Virus record (IMG/VR): IMGVR_UViG_3300027861_000034
Span: 1-58,630 of that record
DNA from: a virus
Lineage: Duplodnaviria > Caudoviricetes
Length of the DNA: 58,630 bases
Strand: one strand, 5' to 3'
This document shows positions 10,460 to 19,971 of this stretch, in pieces. A program made the position numbers and the translations under genes. The notes below the pieces were generated by a model. It ran no database searches, had not been told where the DNA came from, and was given only the letters and a program-made list of their open reading frames with translations. The stretch's first letter is position 1; the number at the start of each line of letters is the position of its first letter.

Positions 10460-11458
10460 ATGAAAATCGAAACAAGTAAACTAAAAGAAAATCTTAAGAT
10501 TCTAAGTGGAGCACTCGGAAAGACAGATTACGAAAACAAATTCTACTTTCGTGAGAACAAAATCTACGCCATCAGCGGTGCGCTGTTTATTAGTGTAGAT
10601 TTTGATAACGATCAAGAATTTACAGTAGATGGGAAGAGTTTTACAGCTTTCATCAACAAGGTGAAGGCAAAGGAAATTGAAATTGAGATTGGAGAGAATG
10701 TAACAATCAAAACAAAGAAATCTCGTTCACAATTCCCACTATATAAAGAGGAGCAAGCTATCCCAACAGAAATCTTTGACACTCCTCTCACTCAAGCCCC
10801 AGTCAACTTTGCTGAAGCAATCGAGACAGTAGGCTATGCGTGTTCGAAGAATAAAGCTACTCCTCATTTAGGTGGTGTTATGCTACGAGGAGGCGAAGCA
10901 ACCGCCACTGACGGAAGGCAAATTAGTGTCAGTGATTTGGGTGGTGAAATTGATGGAGAGCATATCATCCCAAAATCGGTTGTTAAATACACTAAAGATC
11001 TAGGGATTAAAGAATACGCATTTGAGGGCGATTGGTTCGTCTTTTCAACTCTTGAGGGTGTAGAGATCGCTTGTTCAACTTTAAGCGGAGAATACCCCTC
11101 AAAAGCCCAAATAGATGGGATTTTGGATGTATCTCCCGACAGTAGTATCATCTTCCCTGTAAATGAGACGATTGATGCACTAGAGATTTGTTCAGTATTC
11201 CTATCTACAGTTGACGATCTGAATAAGCTAGTCGGCTTTGAGATCAAGGGTGGTGTGGCGAAAATGACTGCTAAATCTTTGAGTGGAAAGCATCAAGCTA
11301 AAGTGGCTGTTGAGTTTGATGGAGAAGTGACGTTTGGGATCAACCCATCATATTTTGCCAACATCTTGAAGAAAACTGATAGTGTTGGTGTTAAGGATGG
11401 TCGGATGCTGTTTGAAAGTGAAGATAATCGTTGTATTATTGCGTTGGCTGAACTTTAA
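10460..11458 (+). CDS. DNA polymerase III beta sliding clamp homologue
   Basis: 332 aa, three-domain layout; L.GV...ATDG, GEYP and INP.YF motifs typical of DnaN. Confidence 0.8.
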   Translation: MKIETSKLKENLKILSGALGKTDYENKFYFRENKIYAISGALFISVDFDNDQEFTVDGKSFTAFINKVKAKEIEIEIGENVTIKTKKSRSQFPLYKEEQAIPTEIFDTPLTQAPVNFAEAIETVGYACSKNKATPHLGGVMLRGGEATATDGRQISVSDLGGEIDGEHIIPKSVVKYTKDLGIKEYAFEGDWFVFSTLEGVEIACSTLSGEYPSKAQIDGILDVSPDSSIIFPVNETIDALEICSVFLSTVDDLNKLVGFEIKGGVAKMTAKSLSGKHQAKVAVEFDGEVTFGINPSYFANILKKTDSVGVKDGRMLFESEDNRCIIALAEL

Positions 11459-11479
11459 ATAGCCAATAAGCTCCACCAA

Positions 11480-11520
11480 GAGGCGAGAGGATGTAAAAAT
11501 CTTTTCGCCTTTTTTGTTTT
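11480..11520 (+). terminator. Intrinsic terminator
   Basis: AGGCGAGAGGAT-gtaaaa-ATCTTTTCGCCT hairpin followed by a T run. Confidence 0.8.
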
Positions 11521-11527
11521 AAACGAT

Positions 11528-11556
11528 TTGCATGTTGTTTTAGTTGGGTCTATATT
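11528..11556 (+). promoter_or_regulatory. Sigma70-type promoter
   Basis: TTGCAT-17 nt-TATATT just after the terminator and upstream of RBS/ATG 11592. Confidence 0.55.
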
Positions 11557-11591
11557 CACTTATCAACTAACAAAATAAAGGAGATAAGAAG

Positions 11592-11996
11592 ATGATCGAC
11601 CTAAAGAAAATCCAAGATGACGCTGAACTATTTATAAGCGAATTGGTTCTAAAAAATGTTCAGCCCGAAATTGAAAGGGTTTGCAAAAAATACAATATTG
11701 GCTATTCTTCGGGTATGGGAACATGGAGTTGGAGTGATCTAGGCGGTATTGAGTTAGATGATAGCGATAGTCACTTATTCAACTTTGATGACCACTGTGA
11801 AACTCTAAGAGATGAGGGTGAATATTTCGACTACACCTTGGGGCACTTTGTTGAAATGAAAGGGTGTATGGAAGAGGTGGCTAAACTAAATGAGATACTA
11901 GGTGAAAATATTGTTGGTACACAGGAAATTTCTTGGTATACATATAGTTGCAATAAAGCTATAGTAAAAACTGTCCACCCAAGAGCGTGGATGTAA
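11592..11996 (+). CDS. Hypothetical protein
   Basis: AAGGAG RBS. Confidence 0.6.
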   Translation: MIDLKKIQDDAELFISELVLKNVQPEIERVCKKYNIGYSSGMGTWSWSDLGGIELDDSDSHLFNFDDHCETLRDEGEYFDYTLGHFVEMKGCMEEVAKLNEILGENIVGTQEISWYTYSCNKAIVKTVHPRAWM

Positions 11997-12236
11997 TCTA
12001 AATGAGAACAAAAAATGCATAAAGTAAAATTAGAAGAGGTAGCAACCGATCAAATCCGACAAATAATTTGTAGCGCCTCAAGCTCAAAGGGATTCAAATC
12101 AATAACCCTAGTTGTAGATATCCTAGATGACGAAATGTACTATGAACTAACGACCAATCGAATCACCATCGAAGAAAATGGTTGTCTAGAGTGGATCATC
12201 GAGAAGTATAATAAAATTGATATTTAAGGAGAACAA

Positions 12237-12647
12237 ATGACAACTTATCCACCACTCAATCTCCACAACACTTTCCATATAGGTAAATATATCGGAGAGG
12301 GAGTTGGAGCAATCATCGAAAAAGATCCAAAATATGTTAAATGGATGATTGAAAACAAAGCAATAGATGTTAGTGTAGAAGTAGTAGACAAACTAAACGA
12401 GGTGAACAAAATGAAAAACGCAACACAAGAAACCGAAACAATCTACGTTGACACTATCATGTGGGAAAGCACAAACGACATGGACAGAATTGTTTACAGC
12501 AAGAAACATTATTCTGAAGATGGGATTACAACTCTATGTGGTAAAGCAGTACCAAGCGGAACGGCAGACGTTTACGGAACTTATGGCGGTGCTGATTGCA
12601 AACGATGCCAAAAGAAAGCAGAGAAATTAAACGCTAAAATTAATTAA
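12237..12647 (+). CDS. Protein with ExoX-C-terminal/DUF3820-like N-terminus; probable internal start at 12411
   Basis: F.IGKY.G...DPKYVKW motif; GAGGTG RBS before ATG 12411; C-terminal CKRC. Confidence 0.55.
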   Translation: MTTYPPLNLHNTFHIGKYIGEGVGAIIEKDPKYVKWMIENKAIDVSVEVVDKLNEVNKMKNATQETETIYVDTIMWESTNDMDRIVYSKKHYSEDGITTLCGKAVPSGTADVYGTYGGADCKRCQKKAEKLNAKIN

Positions 12648-12667
12648 TTAATTAATTAATTAATTAA
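12640..12667. repeat. (TTAA)7 microsatellite
   Basis: Direct reading; overlaps the stop of 12237-12647; followed by a GGGGT-GAAA-GCCCC hairpin. Confidence 0.9.
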
Positions 12668-13151
12668 AAAGGGGTGAAAGCCCCACAGTTTAGAGGTGTG
12701 ATATGAAGTGTTCTTATTGCGAAAAAGAACACAATCCCAACAAAACAAAATGCAGGGTAATTGATTTAAGGCAAAATGTACTGAGAATAAAATGGCTGTT
12801 AAAAGATTCTTTAATCAGAGAGAAAGCATAACAATTTAAAGGTGTAAAATGAATAAATCAAAACTAGATAAAATAAATAAGGCTGTGAACTCAGTCTATA
12901 TTTATGAGCGTAAGCTGAGTATCTCACTGAAAGCATTGTCATCATTGCTAACGGAACAGGTAGAAGTGGAGGGACTGGCATTAGATGCAACAATCCTAGA
13001 TGGAGATGGTATCGCTGTTATTCCTGTTCAACTTGATGATGCAGAATTTAATTTAAGGGATGACAACACGACAATCAATATAATGGAAGTAATAAAAACA
13101 CTACCGATCAAAGACATAAACGACCTACCAACTCCATTTTAAGGATACGAT

Positions 13152-13377
13152 ATGACCAACCAACAAGACCTAGCAAAGAAAACCAACTAATCAAGAGCGA
13201 GTAGAGAAGGCGTTAGATTTCTTAAAAGGGCAATTCGATAGCGTTGTTATTATCGCAACAAAACACGAAGATGGAGAAACACAAGCGTATTCAGAGCAAG
13301 ATGGAAACTATTATGCAATAGAAGGTAGTGTCCAATCTTGGCTTAACGGAGATGATTTACTAATGGAGGATTTTTAA
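13152..13377 (+). pseudogene. Probable frameshifted small gene
   Basis: ATG 13152 stops after 12 codons; a shifted frame continues ...QERVEKALDFLKGQFDSVVII...GNYYAIEGSVQSWL. Confidence 0.45.
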
Positions 13378-13550
13378 GATGTTGATTTATGTGATAGGTG
13401 CGTTATTAGCTTTTGGATTAGCTTTTCAGATGGAAAGTGAAAATGAATCAAAAAGTTGGGGATTTATATTTGCATTCTCTTTCCTTTGGTTTATATTGGT
13501 TCCGTGGTTTATAATATTTTTAATAGCTGATAAAATAAAAGGAGAATGAA

Positions 13551-14084
13551 ATGAACAGAGAAGATACAAAGAAAGCGTTGGAAGTGATGGAGCATTATGT
13601 AAATGGTGGTGAAGTGGAAGTTCAAAACGAATTTGGGCGTTGGCAATGGCAAGAGATCTTTGAGCCTGCATGGGATCTTGTGTCAAGTAACTACAGAATC
13701 AAGAAAGCCACCTCAGATGAATTTATGAAGAAGATTGAAGATGTTCTATCTCGATTAGGAGATGAAGATGAAGTGGAATTCTACGTTCCGAACGAGCAGA
13801 GCTCGAAAGAGCTTCAAGATGTATTATTTCAGTATGGGTATAAGTGGCGTGGTGGGTGTGACTATAATCACACAAACTCAGAGTGCCTACTTATCCGTGT
13901 AGAAACAGAGAGCATCACATACCACTCAAAGGTAGATTATGACGAATTCGAAGATGATGTTTCATGGAGGATCGACCTAAAAAATGAAACAATCACCGAT
14001 CTTCGCCCCAAAACAGAAGAACTAACAATCGCCCAACTTGAAGAGAAACTAGGATATAAAATTAAAATCGTAAAGGAAAACTAA
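13551..14084 (+). CDS. Phage hypothetical protein
   Basis: Common phage motifs (PAWD...YRIK; ELTIAQLEEKLGYKIKIVK). Confidence 0.7.
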   Translation: MNREDTKKALEVMEHYVNGGEVEVQNEFGRWQWQEIFEPAWDLVSSNYRIKKATSDEFMKKIEDVLSRLGDEDEVEFYVPNEQSSKELQDVLFQYGYKWRGGCDYNHTNSECLLIRVETESITYHSKVDYDEFEDDVSWRIDLKNETITDLRPKTEELTIAQLEEKLGYKIKIVKEN

Positions 14085-14684
14085 AATGGATCATATAACA
14101 ATAGAAATTAAAGATAAGTACTCAGAAGTGAGAGTAGTAGTGCCCCACTTCGATGAAGACCCAACAATTTATGACATGGCTCAAGCCCTAACTCAAGCTT
14201 TGCTTGGGATGGGTTATTGTCAAGAATCAATAGATAAAATTTTAGTTGGAGAGGGGGTATAGGATGGTGGATGTATTGAAGAATATCGAGGAGTTAGAGG
14301 ATTTTGTGTTTGACAATTCGGTTGAGCTTTTAGACACATTTGCAAAAGGACTCCCCGAAGAGCTCATCTCCGTTTCATTCGGGAGTGAGAGAGTCGAGAT
14401 AGTGTATATGCTTGAGTGTGGTCAGCATGTCGGAGATGGAATTAAGATGGATAAGTTCCTTGAGTGGAAAGAAGAGATTGAAGGATAATTAACGTCCCAA
14501 GTTGGTTCAAACTCGTACCTTGAATTTCAATGAGGGGCTTTTTTGTGAGGTGAATTATGCGGTGTTTAACAATCAAGCCTAGATGTCAGTATAATTTTAA
14601 AGGTGAGTGTTGTAAAGGTTCAAAGAAGCAAAAAGAACTTTCAGTTTTAGCTAGAAAATTGAGGAACAAAAAAAGAGGTAAGGT

Positions 14685-14855
14685 ATGAAACTTGTGAAAG
14701 GTAAAAAATACAGATTCAAATATCAAGATGAGGAGCTTATATATATAGGCTATAACTTTAGTGGTAATGGATTTTGGCATCAGTTTACGAAAAAAGGAAA
14801 GGTCTAGAGTGAGTTACTAGATTCAGATCTTCACATAATTGAAGATGATGTTTAA
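14685..14855 (+). pseudogene. Small phage gene with in-frame TAG
   Basis: MKLVKGKKY...GNGFWHQF...KV*SELLDSDLHIIEDDV; TAG at 14805 is one base from TGG. Confidence 0.55.
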
Positions 14856-14893
14856 TTCCAACTAACCAACAATTTAACTAAGGAATTCGGATT

Positions 14894-15115
14894 ATGAGAG
14901 AATTTGTATCTAACTACAAAAACGAAGTATGTGAGTACATCGACAATGAGGAGGGTGGGAAGTCTTTAATCCCTATAAGCTCAGATTTCGTCGCATCTAT
15001 GTTAAACACTATGGAGGGGAAGATAGAGAATGCAAAGGCGTGTTTGGTCTGTGTCCCAATTGCAGATCCCTCAGAGATTTGTGATAATGCTTACGAGATA
15101 CTTAATTCAAAATAA
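14894..15115 (+). CDS. Small cassette-array gene
   Basis: ORF flanked by junction motifs. Confidence 0.55.
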   Translation: MREFVSNYKNEVCEYIDNEEGGKSLIPISSDFVASMLNTMEGKIENAKACLVCVPIADPSEICDNAYEILNSK

Positions 15116-15127
15116 CGAAGGGGGAAT

Positions 15128-15307
15128 ATGATTAAAGGAAACACAAAAGCCAGATTTAAAGAGCTTGAGAAAGTTATTGAAGAGAAGAACGCAAAACTTA
15201 ACTGTATTCTGATTCAATGTAGCGTTGTCGGAAAGCTTTTGAACGAGGGTGAGATATCTAGGGCGAGTAAGAAAATAGAGCAGATTGCAAGGTTTGCAAC
15301 AGTCTGA
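15128..15307 (+). CDS. Small cassette-array gene (59 aa, not in ORF track)
   Basis: GGGGGA RBS; MIKGNTKARFKELEK...FATV*. Confidence 0.55.
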   Translation: MIKGNTKARFKELEKVIEEKNAKLNCILIQCSVVGKLLNEGEISRASKKIEQIARFATV

Positions 15308-15333
15308 ACAACGAACAATAAATTGAGGTGAAT

Positions 15334-15627
15334 ATGAGCGATAACAACGGTAAAAGAAAGGTCTGTAAGTGTGGGTCAAATGTGTTCCGCATTATTGCAA
15401 CAACCTCATGCGATAAGTGTCATTGCAACGGTGTGTGGGATGATGAAGAAACAAGCTATACACACGACTTGAAGATCATTAAAAAGATGGATAGTGATAT
15501 TGCAGTACGTGAGCAATGTGGGGATGAAGGTGAGTGCGATATGGGATCAAATGAAAACAATGGTTGTTGGCTTTTTGAATGTGTTAATTGCGACAGTCAA
15601 GAAATGATACCAAGAACAGAAGTATAA
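15334..15627 (+). CDS. Cys-rich zinc-binding cassette gene
   Basis: GAGGTG RBS; CKCG, CDKC, CVNC. Confidence 0.6.
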   Translation: MSDNNGKRKVCKCGSNVFRIIATTSCDKCHCNGVWDDEETSYTHDLKIIKKMDSDIAVREQCGDEGECDMGSNENNGCWLFECVNCDSQEMIPRTEV

Positions 15628-15660
15628 CGAGTCGTTTAAACCAACAATGAGGGGGAGTGT

Positions 15661-15813
15661 ATGAGATCGAGAGAATATATGTTTGAAAGAACGAGAGACA
15701 AATTGTTAATTGCAGAGAAAAGAAGCAAAGCAGTTAATTTAAACGACAGAGAGATTGAACTAATACAAGAGATAAAAGAGATCGCAGATAGAATTGATAA
15801 CGACTCTGAATAA
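15661..15813 (+). CDS. Small cassette-array gene (50 aa)
   Basis: GGGGGAG RBS; MRSREYMFERT...DNDSE*. Confidence 0.5.
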   Translation: MRSREYMFERTRDKLLIAEKRSKAVNLNDREIELIQEIKEIADRIDNDSE

Positions 15814-15832
15814 CGAACAATAGGAGCACAAA

Positions 15833-16006
15833 ATGAGTAACGGTTTAACAATAGAACAGGGTGACTGCACTATAGATATTAAGAATTGTGATGCAGGTCT
15901 TCTTTGGATTAAAGTTAAAAACAATGTAATGCAGACAGAGTGTAGCACACAGATAACAAAAGAGAACAGGAATAAGATTCAACAGTTTTTGAATCACTCC
16001 GTTTAA
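15833..16006 (+). CDS. Small cassette-array gene (57 aa)
   Basis: AGGAG RBS; MSNGLTIEQGDC...NHSV*. Confidence 0.55.
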   Translation: MSNGLTIEQGDCTIDIKNCDAGLLWIKVKNNVMQTECSTQITKENRNKIQQFLNHSV

Positions 16007-16023
16007 CGAAGGGTGAGGTAAAT

Positions 16024-16209
16024 ATGAGCGACCTAAGAAGTCAATTAGATAGTGTGAGGTGTTCGAAGAATCTAATAAATAATTATGTAGCATCTCAAAC
16101 TATTGTTTTTGACAAAATGGCAACTGATGCTGATTTTGAATTGAGAAAGCTAGATATTCAAGAGGAGCGACTAAAGAAGAAAATTAGAGAAGAGAACAAC
16201 TCTGAATAA
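16024..16209 (+). CDS. Small coiled-coil cassette gene
   Basis: GAGGT RBS; ends in junction motif. Confidence 0.55.
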   Translation: MSDLRSQLDSVRCSKNLINNYVASQTIVFDKMATDADFELRKLDIQEERLKKKIREENNSE

Positions 16210-16211
16210 CG

Positions 16212-16338
16212 AACAATGAGGTGATATAATGTTAAGACCATGCCCGTTTTGTGGGAGTAAAGCAAACCTGTACGAGACAGAAGGGAAAGACTGGGTTGTT
16301 GAGTGCACAGGTAGGAAATGCGAAGTATTACTTTTTGA
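16212..16338 (+). repeat. 127-bp exact repeat, copy 1
   Basis: aacaatgaggtgatataatgttaagacc...tactttttga is identical to 58504-58630. Confidence 0.95.
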
Positions 16339-16423
16339 TGATATGGACTGGGGTAAGAAAAACTACGACGCGGAAACAAATGTAATTAAAAAATGGAATA
16401 CGCGAAAGCGCAGTCCGAAATAG
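16229..16423 (+). CDS. lar: Lar-family restriction alleviation protein
   Basis: LRPCPFCG...VEC...C...WNTR signature. Confidence 0.8.
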   Translation: MLRPCPFCGSKANLYETEGKDWVVECTGRKCEVLLFDDMDWGKKNYDAETNVIKKWNTRKRSPK

Positions 16424-16705
16424 GAACCATAAATTGAGGTCAAAATGAGTAAGAAGTATATATGTAATAATGCTAGCAAGTGTAAAGAATTTTGCAAACA
16501 CAAATCTATACACGAAAGAGATGATACTTGTGATAATAAATGCCCCACTGGTGATAATGTTAAATGTATCGAAATGAAGCAAATGACAGACAGGAGGTGA
16601 ATATGACTAAGGAAAATGCTCCAAAGTATCAACTCTACTACAAGGGTAACTACTTCAGCACCCAAGAGCTTAATGATTTTTTAGCAAAGGAGGCAATGGA
16701 AAAGA

Positions 16706-17140
16706 ATGGCGATAGGAGACGAACACAAGTTCTCGGTACCACTGAGAGTCAACAAGAACAAGAAGTCTATTAACTACTTCTACCTTAATCTTAATAACTT
16801 TATTCAAGTATCAAAGAACTATATCTTACGCAACAATCTCAAACAGAAATACTCCGAGTTAGTTAGACCGCTTCTAAGCCACCTCAAGCGCATTGATAAC
16901 CAAGTCTATATTCAGTACACAATATACGGTAAGGATGCTAGAGAGTTCGATATAGGCAATGTAGGAGCGGTTGTAGATAAGTTCCTTTGTGATGTGTTGG
17001 TTAAGGAGGATGTGTTAGAGGATGATAACTATAAGTTCCTACCGGTAGTGATGTATAGGTGGGGTGGAATTGACAGAGAGAACCCAAGGGCTGATGTACT
17101 AATCAAAGAGATAGAGTATGTGCCTGTTAACGAGAGATAG
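16706..17140 (+). CDS. rusA: RusA-like Holliday junction resolvase
   Basis: FDIGN...KFLCD.L....LEDDN and DRENPR motifs. Confidence 0.8.
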   Translation: MAIGDEHKFSVPLRVNKNKKSINYFYLNLNNFIQVSKNYILRNNLKQKYSELVRPLLSHLKRIDNQVYIQYTIYGKDAREFDIGNVGAVVDKFLCDVLVKEDVLEDDNYKFLPVVMYRWGGIDRENPRADVLIKEIEYVPVNER

Positions 17141-17155
17141 TCTACAACTGTAGAC
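17140..17155. promoter_or_regulatory. GTNTACA-NN-TGTANAC palindrome (first of ~24 copies)
   Basis: GTCTACA-AC-TGTAGAC directly before the AAGGAG of the RHH-like gene. Confidence 0.85.
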
Positions 17156-17166
17156 AAGGAGAAGAG

Positions 17167-17634
17167 ATGAAGAAGGTAGATGAGACAAGGCCGATAAGCG
17201 CAAGGATACCTATTGAGCTTTATGAGATCATAGAAGCTAAGCTGAAAGATGCTTGGGCTAAGGGCAAGAAAATACCACTCAAGACTAAGGGTAAGTTCAG
17301 AGACCCTAGACTGTCAGATATTTTGATTGATATGTTGGCTGATGCAGTGATCAAAGATGAACAGAGTGGTGAATATGTTGAGGACTTTTGGGATAGACTT
17401 GCGATTGCTCTCACAGAGAAAGGTGATTTAAAGGTTAGGTCTCTTGGGGTTGAGGACTGTAATAGGATACAGGATTTAGCTAGAAGCTACGGGTTTGAAT
17501 CTAATATTAGATCAAGTGCTTGTTATATTTTCTTTTATAAAAAATTCGGTAAGAAAGGTATGAGGGAGTTAACTTGCTCCGATTTTGAAGAGACATTTAC
17601 AGAACATAAAAACAGAGAGATAGAGAGGGATTAA
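17167..17634 (+). CDS. Putative ribbon-helix-helix DNA-binding protein
   Basis: N-terminal strand RPISARIP, helix IELYEIIEAKL, helix LSDILIDML (Arc/CopG pattern with a long loop). Confidence 0.55.
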   Translation: MKKVDETRPISARIPIELYEIIEAKLKDAWAKGKKIPLKTKGKFRDPRLSDILIDMLADAVIKDEQSGEYVEDFWDRLAIALTEKGDLKVRSLGVEDCNRIQDLARSYGFESNIRSSACYIFFYKKFGKKGMRELTCSDFEETFTEHKNREIERD

Positions 17635-17636
17635 TT

Positions 17637-17981
17637 ATGATGGATGAACTGATAGGAAAGATTGAACAATGGGCTGAGAGTAATGGTATCAATAGAAGCA
17701 ATGGTGTTACCGCTATTCATCAATACGCTAAGATAAAAGAAGAGTTCAATGAGCTAGGTGATGCACTTAATAACATGCTAAACAACTCACCTAATGCAGA
17801 GACAGCAGAGGCGAACGCTAACCATGTAGACCTTGAGATAGCCGACCTAGTTATAGCTACTATAGTCCTTGCTAAGATACACGGCACTGATATAAGAACC
17901 TGCTTATCAAAGGGTTATGAGAAGATAGAGCATCGTACAGGAGAGATCATTAACGGTATGTTTATAAGGGAGAGGGACTGA
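17637..17981 (+). CDS. MazG-like NTP pyrophosphohydrolase
   Basis: IEQWA...Q..K..EE..EL...EIAD...CL...YEKIEHRTG..ING.F. Confidence 0.85.
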   Translation: MMDELIGKIEQWAESNGINRSNGVTAIHQYAKIKEEFNELGDALNNMLNNSPNAETAEANANHVDLEIADLVIATIVLAKIHGTDIRTCLSKGYEKIEHRTGEIINGMFIRERD

Positions 17982-18186
17982 TGAGAGTATTAAAAGAAGA
18001 TGAATTGGATAGGGTAGTGCGCATGTGTGAAGAGACTGAGGGAGTTAGGCCTTTGTGTGGATGGGTTCCTTGTGTTGGTAGGGAATGCGAGGGTTGCTTA
18101 ATTGATGAGTACTATAATGAGGCCGAGAAAAGGTTTCCCGATGGTATGACCTATGATGAAGCATTTCAATTCTTGGAGGATAAATA

Positions 18187-18624
18187 ATGTGTGATCAATG
18201 TGAGATATACAAGGCTAGGATAGATGAGCTGGAGACTGCTATGAGTAGAACTAACACATCTTTTGGTAGGCTACTGAAGAATAGGGCACCTAAGAAAAAA
18301 GAGAAGACCACTGGGACTGATTGGTTTGATCAATTTAATCGCTATCAACAGGCTGACAGTAACTTCATACAGGCTTGGAATACGTTTGTAGAGTTCCGCA
18401 AGCAGAAGGGTAAGGCTATGACCTTGATCGCTGGACAGAGAATGCTTAGTAAGTTAGCACCGTTTGATCTATCTATTCAGACTGCGAGTTTGTATACAGC
18501 TGTAGATAAGGGATGGACTAACTGTTACCCCGAATCTGAAGGCAAGTCTTATGGTAGCTTTAAGCAAGAGAAGAGCGGTCAGTTTATAGGCGCACAAGTC
18601 GAAGTTAATTTGGAGGATTTATAG
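18187..18624 (+). CDS. Replication protein (initiator C-terminal-like domain)
   Basis: AW..FVEFRKQKGK.MT...GW motif typical of phage initiator C-termini; coupled to DnaB. Confidence 0.55.
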   Translation: MCDQCEIYKARIDELETAMSRTNTSFGRLLKNRAPKKKEKTTGTDWFDQFNRYQQADSNFIQAWNTFVEFRKQKGKAMTLIAGQRMLSKLAPFDLSIQTASLYTAVDKGWTNCYPESEGKSYGSFKQEKSGQFIGAQVEVNLEDL

Positions 18625-19955
18625 TGCCGATAGCTAGTATTGAGACTGAGAGAATTGTACTTGGTAAGATACTCGGCCTAGATGATTTCGATATTCAATC
18701 ACGGTTCATTAACATGTGTGATGTCGAGTGCTTCTTTGTTCCTATCCATAAAGACATTTGGGTATTGATGAATAAGCTGATGATCCAAGGACGTATGACT
18801 TGCCCTGCTACAGTATTCTCCGAGATAAGTATTGATGAGAACGTCTTAGCTGACATCTTGATCAATAAGTTTGATAGTAATGAGACTCTTAAATTCAACA
18901 TCAAAACCCTGCTAAACTATTCTGCTAGAAGGTTTTATAGTGAGAGTGGTAGATCAATAGAGGAGCTGGCTAATGTCGGTGGTGTTGATTGTTCTGATAC
19001 AATCCTTGAGGTTATAGACAGTATAGATAAGAGAGCTAAGGCTTTGAAGATCACTAAGCAACGTGACTCTAAGACCCTGCTATCAAGTATCGTTCACAAT
19101 ATGAAAGAGGGAGGTAGCAAAGAACTAAGGGTAGTGGAGTATGGAGTACCGCTATTCGATAAGTACTACAAGCATGAACGTGGTCACACTCATACGATAG
19201 GTGCTCAACCATCTGTAGGTAAAACTGCAATGGCACTAACTATTATGAGAGGAGTTCTACACGCTGGAGGTACAGTTTTTATATCAGTTAAGGAGTCTGA
19301 TGCTGAAGAGATAATGTGCAAGATGATATGCCAAGAGTCCAACGTAGCCTACTCTAAGATGAGATATGATCAGAGCGAACTAACTCAGCCGGAGTTTGAT
19401 AGGATTCAAAGAGCTATTGAGTATATCTATTCGATGCAGGAACGCATCTATATCTTTGGTGGTAAGGATTGGGAGCATTCAACAGAGTCTATAGAAGCTC
19501 AATTGGAGGCCATAGAGCAACGTGGAGTGCAGTTAGACTTAGTTGTGACTGATTATGTACAGAACCTTAAGGTACCGCTTAGGATTCAATCTAGGCCAAG
19601 GTACCAACAAGTAGAATGGATGGTAGAAAAGATGGCTGACCTTCACAAGAGGTTTGATGTTGCTGGAGTACTACTATCACAGCTGAACAGAAGTATAGAT
19701 GGGGTGCCTCACTTACATAATCTAAAGGAAGCCAGTAAGATTGAGGAAGAGAGTTCGATGATCACGTTCTTGCATAGAGATAAGGAGACCCAGCCGGTAA
19801 ACAACCAGCTACCTACTATGGTCTATAGCGAGAAGAACCGTAATGGAGAGCTTTGGGGAATGAGAGATGGGTTTGTAATGAATATACCTTCTACTCACTT
19901 CAGTACTAAGCTACATAAATATGAACCAAAATACGCACCGAGTGTACAGGTGTAG
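18624..19955 (+). CDS. dnaB: DnaB-like replicative helicase
   Basis: E..VLG N-terminus, GAQPSVGKT, VVTDYVQ, LSQLNR, IEE, KNRNG motifs. Confidence 0.9.
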   Translation: MPIASIETERIVLGKILGLDDFDIQSRFINMCDVECFFVPIHKDIWVLMNKLMIQGRMTCPATVFSEISIDENVLADILINKFDSNETLKFNIKTLLNYSARRFYSESGRSIEELANVGGVDCSDTILEVIDSIDKRAKALKITKQRDSKTLLSSIVHNMKEGGSKELRVVEYGVPLFDKYYKHERGHTHTIGAQPSVGKTAMALTIMRGVLHAGGTVFISVKESDAEEIMCKMICQESNVAYSKMRYDQSELTQPEFDRIQRAIEYIYSMQERIYIFGGKDWEHSTESIEAQLEAIEQRGVQLDLVVTDYVQNLKVPLRIQSRPRYQQVEWMVEKMADLHKRFDVAGVLLSQLNRSIDGVPHLHNLKEASKIEEESSMITFLHRDKETQPVNNQLPTMVYSEKNRNGELWGMRDGFVMNIPSTHFSTKLHKYEPKYAPSVQV

Positions 19956-19971
19956 ACAAGGAGAAGAGAAG

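Larger units (their letters stand above)
1..16211 (+). mobile_element. Partial genome (replication/early region) of phage A, or a variant arm joined to the circle
   Basis: Dense plus-strand small ORFs plus its own initiator, loader, DnaB, methylase and clamp; no GTNTACA-NN-TGTANAC site seen. Confidence 0.65.

Noticed and set aside
14850-16450. Integron attC cassette array
   Set aside because: Junctions contain TAAC but are only about 20-30 bp, lack the GTTRRRY-ended long hairpin, and no tyrosine integrase is present
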